From the NCBI GenBank assembly GCA_965215885.1, contig CBDCEW010000078.1, positions 17,759-81,758 on the forward strand: 64,000 bases of DNA, written 5' to 3'. Position numbers and translations under genes: made by a program. Shown here one piece after another: positions 37,507 to 47,121 of the stretch (position 1 is its first letter; every line of letters begins with the position of its first letter). Source of the stretch: Candidatus Moanibacter sp. (lineage in GTDB: Bacteria > Verrucomicrobiota > Verrucomicrobiia > Opitutales > UBA2987). Below the pieces are notes generated by a model that saw only the letters and a program-made list of their open reading frames with translations, was not told the DNA's origin and searched no databases.

Positions 37507-38826
37507 TTACGCATGCTCGTCAGTTCTGTTCAGCAAGTGTAAGAGACGCCCAACAAGATCGGAATGATCTTTCGCAATGTTGACGTCTTCCCAATAATCA
37601 CGCTCAAGATCAAAAAGCAGAGGCGAATCCATCACACCGGTGACCAGCTTGTAACGGCCATCGAATACCATGCGCCAGTTATCGAGACTGGAAACGAGGT
37701 AGGGGCGGTGGCGATCGGTTTTCCCTTCGAGGAAGTCTCGAAGCGAAACCGCGTCCATGCCCGGCAAGAGCGGAGAATCAGCATAATTGAGAAAGGTGGC
37801 CGCCAGATCGTGCAGGCTGACGAGGGCGTCCGACACGCGACCCCGCATGACATCGGGACCAGCCACAATGAGAGGAACCCCACTCGAGGGCCTGTACCAC
37901 GTCGATTTTCCCCAACGCCCATGGTCCCCCAACATCTCCCCATGATCACTCGCGTAAACGATGATTGTGTTTTCTAACTCACCCCGTTCTTGGACCGCAT
38001 CTATAAATCGACCAACGTGGCGATCAATGTTTTCTATCATGGCCGCGTAGTTCTGGCGATTTCGAAGCAAACCCTCGCGATCGGGATGATCGTTCTTATG
38101 CGGCATGGGAAACTCGACGTCACGCCAGCACTCGCGCATGGATTCCGTTATATCCATTGGAGAGTGTGGTCCGGCGAAATTCACTACGAGGTGCCAGGGC
38201 CCGCCCTTAGCAAAATCGCGAAGAAACCCGAGACCGTTTTCGGCGATCCAGTTGTCACAGTAGGCATGGTCGGGCAGCGCCGTTGTATAGGCGTTCATGT
38301 ATTCCGCGCGCTCGCCGTGTTCCCGCAGATAGACATCGGCAAGTCCGAGTTCCTGCAAGAAAGCCAGGTAAGGGCCTTTCGGCTTGCCTGCGGCGCGGTA
38401 GGCACTCGTGCCGTCCAGTTTGCCCTCGTTGTCGATACCTCCCGTAAATCCCCATTCCTCGAGCAATCGTGAACCGTCGAGATGCCAATCCAGATCGGCC
38501 GGGCTGGAAGTGTCTTTGTGAAGATCGAACTTTCCCACTCCACAGACTTCATACCCGACAGCGCGTAACGCCTGGTAATAGGTCGGCTGATCGAGCGGAT
38601 AGTCCGAGTGGTTGGCGACCACTCCGCATCGTTCGTAATCACGCCCGGAAGCACGGCAAGGCGCGCATAAGGGAGAAGGGCAGTGCGCCTTTATAAACCG
38701 CACCCCACGGTTTCCGAGCCGATCGATGTTCGGTGTTCGCAGAGGGAGATCGGGGTTCGTCCCGAGCCAATCCGGTCGATGTTGGTCGGGGAGAAAAAGG
38801 AGGATGTTTGGAGCGCTGCGGTTCAC
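37507..38826 (-). CDS. Sulfatase (choline-sulfatase-like)
   Basis: PNILLFLPDQHR, CAPCR, GKFDL, SDHGEMLGDHG. GTG at 38826 overlaps the upstream TGA (ORF track start 38886). Confidence 0.85.
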   Translation of the reverse strand: MNRSAPNILLFLPDQHRPDWLGTNPDLPLRTPNIDRLGNRGVRFIKAHCPSPLCAPCRASGRDYERCGVVANHSDYPLDQPTYYQALRAVGYEVCGVGKFDLHKDTSSPADLDWHLDGSRLLEEWGFTGGIDNEGKLDGTSAYRAAGKPKGPYLAFLQELGLADVYLREHGERAEYMNAYTTALPDHAYCDNWIAENGLGFLRDFAKGGPWHLVVNFAGPHSPMDITESMRECWRDVEFPMPHKNDHPDREGLLRNRQNYAAMIENIDRHVGRFIDAVQERGELENTIIVYASDHGEMLGDHGRWGKSTWYRPSSGVPLIVAGPDVMRGRVSDALVSLHDLAATFLNYADSPLLPGMDAVSLRDFLEGKTDRHRPYLVSSLDNWRMVFDGRYKLVTGVMDSPLLFDLERDYWEDVNIAKDHSDLVGRLLHLLNRTDEHA

Positions 38827-40233
38827 CGAGCTTCCTCCCATCCGGCCCAGAATTCTCTCCCCCACTCCGACTCCCGATCGCCCCACGCATCGCGAGATCG
38901 CTCCAGTTTCGAACGCAGGCTTTTCACCAAATCGGCGGGAGCGCCAGCATCTGCGATGTTCCTCGTCTCCAATGGGTCATTTTCAAGGTCAAAGAGCTGA
39001 AAAGTGCGGCTTCCGTCTACATGGTATTCGATAAGCTTGTAATGTTCATCCCGAATCGCCCGCTGATACCGTTCATAGGCATGATAGGTGGTTGCCCGAA
39101 CTGCGGCGTGGTTGTCTTTAATGACGGGAAGCAGACTCTCGCCCTCTACGGAATCCGGGATGGCGACGTCCAGGCACTCAAAAAGGGTCGGAAAGACGTC
39201 CAGCAAGTAGGCAAACGCATCGCGACGCTCATTCTCAGGAATACCGGGGCCGGCGATAATCAGAGGTACGCGAATACTGTGCTCGTAGCAATTTTGCTTT
39301 CCCATGAGGCCATGCTGCCCCAGTGCAAGGCCGTTGTCGCCGGCAAAGACAATGATCGTGTCTTTGCTTAGCCCCTGACGTTCGAGTTCCTCAAGGACAC
39401 GGCCGATCTCAAAGTCCAAATGAGTAATCATGGCATAGTATTCGGCAATGTGCCGACGGACCTCTCCAGGGTTGCGGGGAAATCGGGCCAGGCACTCGTC
39501 CCGGATCTGGAGATCGCCATTATCAAAGGGATGCCCGCCAAGAAAATTCCCCGGCAATTCCACTTTTTCCGGATCGTACATCTTGAGAAACCGCTCCGGC
39601 ATGGTACGTGGATCATGTGGCGCCATATAGGACACATAGGCGAAGAAGGGCTTATCCGCATTTTGTTCGGCAAGAAAACGGATTACTGCATCGCTGAACA
39701 GCTCGCTGGAATGCCTGCCGAAGTGGATGTGGTCGCAGTGCCGCCAGCCAACAGCATTGTCCAATCTGGGATCTTCAATCATAGGAAAGCGCGACTCATA
39801 GCGACCCGACGGATCGAAATCGTAAGCCGGCACATTCCAGTGATCATCCATACCGCCAAAAAAGATCTCCGCCCCGCAGTTGAAGCTGCGCGCAAACGAC
39901 TCCCGTCCGTTGTGCCATTTTCCGGTCCCGAAGCAGTCGTAGCCCTGCTCCCGGAGGACTTCCCCCATCATCTTATGCGTGACCGGTATTGTCTCACCCG
40001 ATCCATGCAAACGGAATAAGGTCCTCCCGGTATGCAACATAGCGCGGCTCGGCATACAGATGGCGCCGCAGGTGCCACCAGGGATGGAAGCGTGCGTAAA
40101 GGATGTTCCGGCGGCGGCAAGGCGATCAATGTTGGGCGTTTCTACTTCGCCTGCACCAGCGGCACCGAGCGCATCGAAGCGCAGGTCGTCGGCAAAGAAG
40201 AAGAGGATGTTCGATCGATCAGAGATGGTTCAT
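38823..40233 (-). pseudogene. Sulfatase with a 1-nt frameshift immediately after the start codon
   Basis: The frame carrying NILFFFADDLRFD..CMPSRAMLHTGR is preceded by TGA. ATG at 40233 is one base out of frame (ATGA ACC ATC). Confidence 0.75.
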
Positions 40234-40251
40234 CTCTTTCTTATCCGAGCC

Positions 40252-41295
40252 TCAGCCGCTGTTTACGGCAATCTCGCGGTCCTCTCCTTCTAGGGGAAGC
40301 TGCACCCAGGCGCCGCCGCGGGCATGGGAGGCGTGAAAGCCGGCGATGACCTCGAGGGTCCGCACCGCCTCGCCGACATCGTAAGGAAAGGAGGCCTCTC
40401 CGTCGAGCCAATCGACGATTTCAGCGGCGGCTCGATCCATGCCGGAGCCCTCCGAATCAGTATGCGGCCACTCTTGAGACGTCCCGTCTTTGAGTTTCAC
40501 CAGAACAGCGGATTTGCCAAGCACGGCGCGACCCTCGGTTCCGGTTACGTAGTTTTCCATATCGAGGAAACCGAAATCCGGGGCATCCACGAAACCCAGC
40601 AGCCCACCATCGAAGCGGATCATCCCCCACCCGCCCGGATCGACAAACTCGGGCCCTCGACAGTCCGGTTTACCTGCCAGATCAAGGTTCCCGCACACGC
40701 CTACGACAGGCCGGGAAGTAACCATTTGAAGAGCGTCAATCATATGCGTTCCGACGTTCCCTAACCGCCCGGCGGACCATTGTGCAGATACGGAGGTCAG
40801 CTCCCCGAGATCGCCGTCGCCGATGAACCGGCGGAGTCGGCGATGGCTGTCTTGGAAGCGCCTTTGGTGATTAATGACGAGCAACGATCCTGCCTTCCTG
40901 CACGCCTCGACCATCTGCTCCGCATCGGGAATCCGCGTAGCGATCGGTTTTTCGCAAAAAATCGCACGCACACCCTTTTCGGCGCAGGCCATGGTCATCT
41001 CAGCGTGCTGCGGCGCGTAGGTTGCGACACTCACAATGTCCAGCTGCTCTTCCTCGAGCATGACGCGCCAGTCTGAGTAGGTCTTGGCGCCGGCTCTGGC
41101 CTCGAATCGCTGGCGCCTGCCCGCGTCCCGGCTGCTGCCCGCCACCAGCTTAATGCGGGGGTTGTTGGCTAAGGCGAAGAAATGTGTGCCGTCCAGATTG
41201 TCCACCTGTTGACCCAAAGCGTCTCCGGAGATCTGATCGGCGCCGCCGATGAATCCGAGGCCGATGATCCCCGCTCTGTAGGTCGTATCACTCAC
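40252..41295 (-). CDS. Gfo/Idh/MocA family oxidoreductase
   Basis: IIGLGFIG, CEKP, NHQRR, GTHMID. Confidence 0.92.
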   Translation of the reverse strand: MSDTTYRAGIIGLGFIGGADQISGDALGQQVDNLDGTHFFALANNPRIKLVAGSSRDAGRRQRFEARAGAKTYSDWRVMLEEEQLDIVSVATYAPQHAEMTMACAEKGVRAIFCEKPIATRIPDAEQMVEACRKAGSLLVINHQRRFQDSHRRLRRFIGDGDLGELTSVSAQWSAGRLGNVGTHMIDALQMVTSRPVVGVCGNLDLAGKPDCRGPEFVDPGGWGMIRFDGGLLGFVDAPDFGFLDMENYVTGTEGRAVLGKSAVLVKLKDGTSQEWPHTDSEGSGMDRAAAEIVDWLDGEASFPYDVGEAVRTLEVIAGFHASHARGGAWVQLPLEGEDREIAVNSG

Positions 41296-41409
41296 GCGAT
41301 CGCAAAAAGTCTTCTTATCGATTTGTAACTCAAAGTCTCAAAGAAAGCATAGAGATACAGGAGTGCAATCTTACTTTTCCTCACTGTGAATATTGTTAGC
41401 GGCTTTCTT

Positions 41410-41595
41410 TCATTTCTTATCGAAATGTTCCTCAACCTGAGTTGTGGTAAATATATCTCCTGATTCCTTATCTGATTCACCTTTTTCTATTTTCTGACGG
41501 ACATAAATCCCGTACATTAGATCGTCCCAAGACGTATCTTCAGGAAGATCTTGTATTAGAGTGTCTGTTTCCATTTTTAGTTTTTCCTTTTTCAT
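41410..41595 (-). CDS. Putative orphan type II antitoxin
   Basis: LIQDLPEDTSWDDLMYGIYVRQKIEKG..QVEEHF, a family usually found upstream of RelE/ParE. No toxin ORF is recognisable downstream. Confidence 0.6.
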   Translation of the reverse strand: MKKEKLKMETDTLIQDLPEDTSWDDLMYGIYVRQKIEKGESDKESGDIFTTTQVEEHFDKK

Positions 41596-41891
41596 AAATT
41601 GCCTTTTCCAAAATCGGCGCTCACCAAGATTCTGCTGGATCGTGGTCCCTCCTTTGACAGAAGTCGGAACGAAGGGGAAGCAGGAATGTTGGTGAACCGG
41701 CCTTCTTCCGGAGGCGCGACGGAGGACAAGGCTGTGAACGAATCGAGTTCTGCATTCCACGCGCTGTGCGCGGAACGGTTTTCGTGGCTACTTTTCGGCC
41801 AGCACAACGTTAACTCTTACTACAAACAGTTCGGGCCGAAGATGTGGTCCACGCGTTTGTCATATTGCTTACTCCGCTTGGCTAATATAGC

Positions 41892-41920
41892 TTGACAAGT
41901 GTAACCGAACAGGTTACATT
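41892..41920 (+). promoter_or_regulatory. Sigma70 promoter with an overlapping palindromic operator (higBA)
   Basis: TTGACA-17nt-TACATT with TGTAACC-N5-GGTTACA at 41900-41918. GTG lies 6 nt after the -10 box (leaderless arrangement). Confidence 0.8.
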
Positions 41921-41926
41921 GGCAAA

Positions 41927-42019
41927 GTGATAAAAAGCTTCGCTCACAAAGGGCTGGAGAAGTTCTTTCTCGATGGAGTGAAGAAAGGAATACAAACCAA
42001 TTATGTTGATTATCATTAA
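41927..42019 (+). pseudogene. higB: HigB (plasmid-maintenance killer type) toxin, internally deleted to 30 aa
   Basis: VIKSFAHKGLEKFFLDGVKKGIQ fused in frame to TNYVDYH*, giving the canonical N- and C-termini only. Confidence 0.85.
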
Positions 42020-42031
42020 GGAGATTACGCG

Positions 42032-42325
42032 ATGAGAAAAAGAAAAAGAGCACCTTCACATCCAGGAGGCATCTTGAGAAGGCAGTATATGTCACCGATT
42101 GGTTTAACGGTGACCGAATTAGCCCATGCCCTTGGCGTTTCTCGCAAGACTGTCTCTAAGATTGTCAATGAAAATGGTTCCATTTCACCGGATATGGCTT
42201 TGCGTTTATCGAAGGCCTTCAACACCACCCCCGAACTTTGGTTGAATTTGCAGCGAAATTGTGACCTTTGGCACGCGGCCAAAGAGTCGAAGGAATGGAA
42301 GAGCGTCGACACATTCGCCGCTTAG
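42032..42325 (+). CDS. higA: HigA addiction-module antitoxin (XRE HTH)
   Basis: HPGGIL..LAHALGVSRKTVSKIVN..ISPDMALRLSKAF.TTPELWLNLQ, AAGGAG RBS. Confidence 0.93.
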   Translation: MRKRKRAPSHPGGILRRQYMSPIGLTVTELAHALGVSRKTVSKIVNENGSISPDMALRLSKAFNTTPELWLNLQRNCDLWHAAKESKEWKSVDTFAA

Positions 42326-42404
42326 CCCATATTGTGCCCAAAGCAACGACTGCACTCAGGAGCGGCGCTTCCCGCCGTTTCCTGCCTTCCTGCTTTCCTT
42401 ATTC

Positions 42405-42986
42405 TTAATCCTGACCTCCTTTCCTCTCTTCTTGTATGAATTCGGGCCGCGCGAACAGCGCTGATTCGCGCGGCGGGTTGGGCGGAGCGGTCGTTTTTTT
42501 GACAAGCTTGAACCCGCGTGCCAGGTAGTTCTGTAAGGCGTGCGGATGATCGTGGTTGCACGTTTTCAGCCAAACACGGTTGGCGCCCATCTCCCAACAT
42601 CGTTCAATGGCCACGGTCAAAAGGGCGCCGCCAAGTCCCTCGCCGAAGTACTGCCTGCGCAAACCAAAGCAATTGATCTGCACGCTGCCGTCGTCTTGTT
42701 TTTCGAGTTCATAGTAGCCGGCCGGAGTTCCCACCACGTAAGCGACCCACGTTTCCAGCTCCGGTCGATCGACGTACTCAGTCCACTCCTGCCGCCCCCA
42801 ATCTTCACGGCCTCCCCAGCGGAATTCGGCCCCCACTGCCTGGTGCAGGAACCAATTGAATTCGGGACAGGCAGACTCAACGCGTTTGACTTCGAATTTT
42901 GCTGTTGTTCGCTCAGGGGGACGAAGATCATCGCGGCTCGACATTTCAAGCCGGGAGGAGATTTTCTGTTCGATGTCTTGTTCCAT
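42405..42986 (-). CDS. GNAT family N-acetyltransferase
   Basis: PAGYYEL, FGL..YFGEGLGGALL, WLKTC..DHPHALQNYLARGF. TAATG coupling to the upstream gene. Confidence 0.88.
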   Translation of the reverse strand: MEQDIEQKISSRLEMSSRDDLRPPERTTAKFEVKRVESACPEFNWFLHQAVGAEFRWGGREDWGRQEWTEYVDRPELETWVAYVVGTPAGYYELEKQDDGSVQINCFGLRRQYFGEGLGGALLTVAIERCWEMGANRVWLKTCNHDHPHALQNYLARGFKLVKKTTAPPNPPRESALFARPEFIQEERKGGQD

Positions 42987-44662
42987 TACTTCCTCTCCGA
43001 AGCCGCCAGCAACGCGTCGATTTCTTCCATCCTGAACCGAGTGCTGATGACCGATGACCGCCCGGCCCCGGGATAGTTCTTCATGGCGCAAGTCGCCACG
43101 ATCGTGCCATCGGGCAGCAATTCCAGGCTGGGATAAGCGGCTGAGCTCTGAAGGAGAACAATCCGGCACTCCCCTTCCCCGCCCTGGACCAGATCTTCAT
43201 GGGCGCCCACCCAGGCTACAAAATTTGAGACCTTCGTTGGCGGAGAAGCCGGGGTGTTGACACTGTTGTCGCGAAACACCACGATCAAACGCCCGTCCGG
43301 CGCGTAAAGACCAATGTGCCTGTCGCCGGTCAGTCCAACCGGTCCTTCCCGAAGATCGGCCCACGTCTGACCTTCATCGCGGCTTGTCGCCAGAATGGAA
43401 TTATAGATCCGAGATTGTTCCCGAGCGATCATGGTCAGCTCGCTGCCATCGGGTGAACGAATAATGAATGGTTCACAGGGAAAGGCATCGGGATGGCGGA
43501 TGGCAACGACTTGCTCGGCCCAGGTCAACCCCCCGTCTTCCGTAACGCTGGTACAGATCGCCCCGTTCTGTTCACCGTCATGGTAGGATGCCAAATACCG
43601 CCCGCCGGAAACAGGCACGAGTCGGATCGGCGGCACCGTGCACGAGAGACCGTTAGGACGCATGGCCGACCAGGTCGCTCCACCATCGAGTGACACGGAT
43701 TGATGCATTCCAATTTCCGGCCCGTAAGGAACCATGACAAGCAACCGTTCCTTTCCGCTGTGATCGTCAAGACGATGTATGGTGGGACAGTTGCGAACGG
43801 TCTTCCAACTTTCATGTGTCGCCAGGAGTCCACTCCAGGTGCGTCCCCCATCCAGACTTTTCTTCAAAGGCCCACATTGACTGGTGTAGGAGGGAAAATT
43901 CGCCCCGGGTTTCCAGTCCGGGTTAAATTCATACGTCTCATAGATGCAGAGCATCGTTTCCCCATCAGGCATCAGAACCGTGCTGGGATAACTCTCACCG
44001 ATGATGTCGGTCCCGCGTGCGATCATCACTTTCCGTTCTTCCTCGCCTGAAATGTCAACCTCAGGAAGCGATGAGCGCCAGGACCGCGAGAGATTCCATC
44101 CCTGGATCGGTCGAGTGGCGCCGCTCACCGAAAATTCGTCGATCTCAAAGCTTAAATCAGGTGGATACTTACCCTCTTCCGGAAAAACCGTGAACCCGAC
44201 GGGCCCGAAAAATTCGCCGGTGTAGGTTGCGGTGTGAAAGGCCCGCCTATCGATCTGGAAGGTCAAGCGGTCGCCCTGACGAATGGCCTCAAACTGGAAC
44301 GTTTGATTGGTGGTAATATGGTCGGCCGGCATGGCCAGATGGCGTAGCCGTCTCACGGGTGTCGCGGAATAGCTGATCCGCCTGGATTGAAAACCCTCGA
44401 TGCCGCCGGCGCCCGCCACAAATGTCGGCACGACATCCCGGTAGACCACCACCAACCTGGCCTGCAGATGAAAGTCGCCACTCCCAATTTCGCGACCGCC
44501 GAGAAGAATCGACCTCGGGCCGTTCTTGAATCCGACGTAATCCTCAGCGAAGGACCAACGCAATCCTACCGGGCGTATGCATCTGGGATCACCCTTGGCT
44601 ACGAAAACTGTGTCGCCTGAGACGCTTTCCGACGACTCACAAAGCTTGGCTTCACCCGCCAT
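42986..44662 (-). CDS. BNR-repeat sialidase-like protein (third paralog)
   Basis: YPSTVLMPDGETM, SLDGGRTW, AYPSLELLPDGTIVAT. Confidence 0.85.
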   Translation of the reverse strand: MAGEAKLCESSESVSGDTVFVAKGDPRCIRPVGLRWSFAEDYVGFKNGPRSILLGGREIGSGDFHLQARLVVVYRDVVPTFVAGAGGIEGFQSRRISYSATPVRRLRHLAMPADHITTNQTFQFEAIRQGDRLTFQIDRRAFHTATYTGEFFGPVGFTVFPEEGKYPPDLSFEIDEFSVSGATRPIQGWNLSRSWRSSLPEVDISGEEERKVMIARGTDIIGESYPSTVLMPDGETMLCIYETYEFNPDWKPGANFPSYTSQCGPLKKSLDGGRTWSGLLATHESWKTVRNCPTIHRLDDHSGKERLLVMVPYGPEIGMHQSVSLDGGATWSAMRPNGLSCTVPPIRLVPVSGGRYLASYHDGEQNGAICTSVTEDGGLTWAEQVVAIRHPDAFPCEPFIIRSPDGSELTMIAREQSRIYNSILATSRDEGQTWADLREGPVGLTGDRHIGLYAPDGRLIVVFRDNSVNTPASPPTKVSNFVAWVGAHEDLVQGGEGECRIVLLQSSAAYPSLELLPDGTIVATCAMKNYPGAGRSSVISTRFRMEEIDALLAASERK

Positions 44663-44749
44663 AGCGAGATGTTCGGGCTAGATTCATTCGTAGGCCGATC
44701 ATAATTCATAGCAGCTGTTAAGTAGCAACTTTTAATGGTGGTTAGAAAG

Positions 44750-44833
44750 GATCGCGGGGTAAACCCGCTCCTACATCCCTGCCGGGTGTTCGATTAGAAA
44801 TCCCAAATGTAGGAGCGGGTTTACCCCGCGATC
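44750..44833. repeat. REPIN 5 (spacer reversed)
   Basis: GATCGCGGGGTAAACCCGCTCCTACA ... TGTAGGAGCGGGTTTACCCCGCGATC. Confidence 0.92.
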
Positions 44834-44914
44834 GTAATGACCTGGCCCTCGCTTGGCTTCCAGTGCTCCGGTCTGCCTTTGACCAATATCGTCATGGCCA
44901 TGCCCGCGATCGCC

Positions 44915-45958
44915 TCACTTCCGCAATCGTTCGATCTGATGAACCAAGCGGCCCGCCCAGTCCAGCGGATCATAGAGGCGATTGAACTCACGGGCGGCGG
45001 CCTCGGCCACTTCCCGGCGTCTGGTCGCGGAGGCGCAGAGCATGCGCAGCGCGTCCAACCAGCCCGCGGTGGAATGGGCAAGGAAACCACAGCGGGGATC
45101 GCCCAGGATGTGAAAGTGGCTGGGGGCAAATTCGCCCACTACGGGTATACCCAGTTGGTGAAAGACGAAGGCCCGGCCGGCATTCGAGTTGCACTTGACG
45201 CGAAGAAGGAAATCATCTGCGCCGGCCATACCGGAATTTTCCTGTAAGTCATCTCCCCAGATCTTGATGATCCTCGCTCTTCCCTCCTCTGAGAGTGGTG
45301 CGGAGTAAGGTACGAGCCCGATATCGCAACGAAGCAACAACTCCTCAACGGTATCAAAGTCCCACTCGTACTCTTCGATCGGGATGGAGGGGCGGCCCAA
45401 ACGCCAATGCCACCCTTCCGGGAGGTTGTGGACGGCGATCAACTTCAACGGGATTTCCCGTGCCAGGATTTCCAGGGCCTCCGTTAGATGAGGTGAAAAC
45501 TCAAGCAGGTGAAAGGCGTTGCCGTGGTAGCCCAGGACGATGGGATGGTGGTCAGTGTGCTCTTTCCAGCCGGTGTAGAGGCGCTCGATGAGCGGGAAGA
45601 TGAAGATCTCTCGCTTGAATCGGAGGCGAAAGTCGCGTTCTTCGATGGAGCCGACGAGGAGGAAGTCGATCCGTTCATTCCGGCGCCTGGTCTCGCTGTC
45701 GGCCCGGCGAGGATCGATCGAGGTGTTGACCCAGCCGACCAGAGCCGAGGGGTTTTCACTCTCGATGCGGTTGACCCATTGCAGGCTCGAAAGGCCTTTT
45801 CCAAGAATCACTACGTCGTATCGGGTGAGGTCCTCCGTGTCATTGAGGGCAGCCTCGATACCCAACTGGCCGAGCCAGTGGTGGAGGTTATGCACCCAAA
45901 TGCGGGCCGAGCCGATCCTGGGTGAGCGATCGTCAAGGAAGAGGATTTTCATCCCCAT
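44915..45958 (-). CDS. Putative GT-B fold glycosyltransferase
   Basis: LGYHGNAFHL, CDIGLVP, KCNSNAGR..LGIPVV, GFLA..W..AL. Confidence 0.65.
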   Translation of the reverse strand: MGMKILFLDDRSPRIGSARIWVHNLHHWLGQLGIEAALNDTEDLTRYDVVILGKGLSSLQWVNRIESENPSALVGWVNTSIDPRRADSETRRRNERIDFLLVGSIEERDFRLRFKREIFIFPLIERLYTGWKEHTDHHPIVLGYHGNAFHLLEFSPHLTEALEILAREIPLKLIAVHNLPEGWHWRLGRPSIPIEEYEWDFDTVEELLLRCDIGLVPYSAPLSEEGRARIIKIWGDDLQENSGMAGADDFLLRVKCNSNAGRAFVFHQLGIPVVGEFAPSHFHILGDPRCGFLAHSTAGWLDALRMLCASATRRREVAEAAAREFNRLYDPLDWAGRLVHQIERLRK

Positions 45959-47106
45959 TTCATGTCCCGGACGAGCTTACTCAATAGCAGTGCCGCATGA
46001 GCGCAATTCACGGCGACGGACTCGCGATTGTGCAGCTTGTAGAGGGTAGCGGGAATTCCCCGCCGGCGGATTAACCGGCTCACCAAAGACGCGCGAAAAC
46101 GCTTTTCCGACTCCGTTCCCGCCTTCATGGAAAGGGGTGGAGGGGGACTGACCGCATCGAGGAGCGCGTAGAAGCGCTCGGCGATCTCACGGCTCCCTTT
46201 CTCGGAGTAAAGATCCAAGTCCCACACGTAGGGTCGAAAGGAGGGTCGATTGAGGTGCGGGTAGCTGTGCAGTTCTAGGTAAAGCGAAGGCTCGAGCGTC
46301 TTGAGGTAATCCCAGACGGCCGCGCACTCGGGGGGCGTGGCGTCATCGTCTTCCCCATACCCAAACTGCAGGTTTTGCCGGCGGGCATTGGTCATACAGG
46401 TGCCGAGGGCGTTCCCGTCCGGATTGGTCAGGGGCAGGAAAACCAGGCGGCTGAGCCCGGGCAGCTCCCTCAGGCTCCCTTCAAGAACTTCACGGATCAG
46501 GAAGAGAGTCGCAACTGTGCCGAGTTCATGGCACTGGTTGGTGGCGCCAATAAGGAGCAGCGGTTTTTCGCTCGAAGCGCAATGGAACATTTCAACGGCT
46601 GGAATCCAACGCCCCTCCGGCGTTTCCCCGATTGACCGGATGGCTACCTTAGGATGCCGTTCTCTCAGGGCCGCCAATGTAGAGTAGACTTCCGATGCGC
46701 TCAGCCATGCCATGGTGCTCACGTCCAGGCTTTCCTGGGGAAGCACCGGCACACGAAATCGCGTCGTATGGGTCGAAGGATCCACCTCGGTGCTTTCCCG
46801 GGGAAACGGCTGCCACGCTTCCACCCCGGGATCGGTGGAACCGGGCCGTCTTCGAATCGCCAGGCTGCGGCCCTCCTTCGGAAGCGAACGCACTTCGATG
46901 GCGATTTCCGCCTGCACAGCCACGGGATTGGGATTGCGCAACCGGAAGGCGCAATAATAGTCCGACTCTGCGAAGTCAGGATTGTTTAACGCCCCATCCG
47001 ATCGAGTAGTCAAATGAAAGTATGCCGGACCCAAACGCTCCTTCAGAACCGCATTGGCGCATTCAAATTCAGTCAGCAACTCCAGAGGAAGGATTTCTCG
47101 GCTCAT
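45949..47106 (-). CDS. M14 zinc carboxypeptidase-like protein
   Basis: IGETPEGR.IP, NQCHE, PLTNPDG, ELHS. Confidence 0.75.
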   Translation of the reverse strand: MSREILPLELLTEFECANAVLKERLGPAYFHLTTRSDGALNNPDFAESDYYCAFRLRNPNPVAVQAEIAIEVRSLPKEGRSLAIRRRPGSTDPGVEAWQPFPRESTEVDPSTHTTRFRVPVLPQESLDVSTMAWLSASEVYSTLAALRERHPKVAIRSIGETPEGRWIPAVEMFHCASSEKPLLLIGATNQCHELGTVATLFLIREVLEGSLRELPGLSRLVFLPLTNPDGNALGTCMTNARRQNLQFGYGEDDDATPPECAAVWDYLKTLEPSLYLELHSYPHLNRPSFRPYVWDLDLYSEKGSREIAERFYALLDAVSPPPPLSMKAGTESEKRFRASLVSRLIRRRGIPATLYKLHNRESVAVNCAHAALLLSKLVRDMKWG

Positions 47107-47121
47107 CGAATGGTGTGCTTC

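Noticed and set aside
41292..41409. RelE/ParE toxin downstream of the orphan antitoxin
   Set aside because: The frame from the overlapping ATG closes after five codons and no toxin motif is recognisable.
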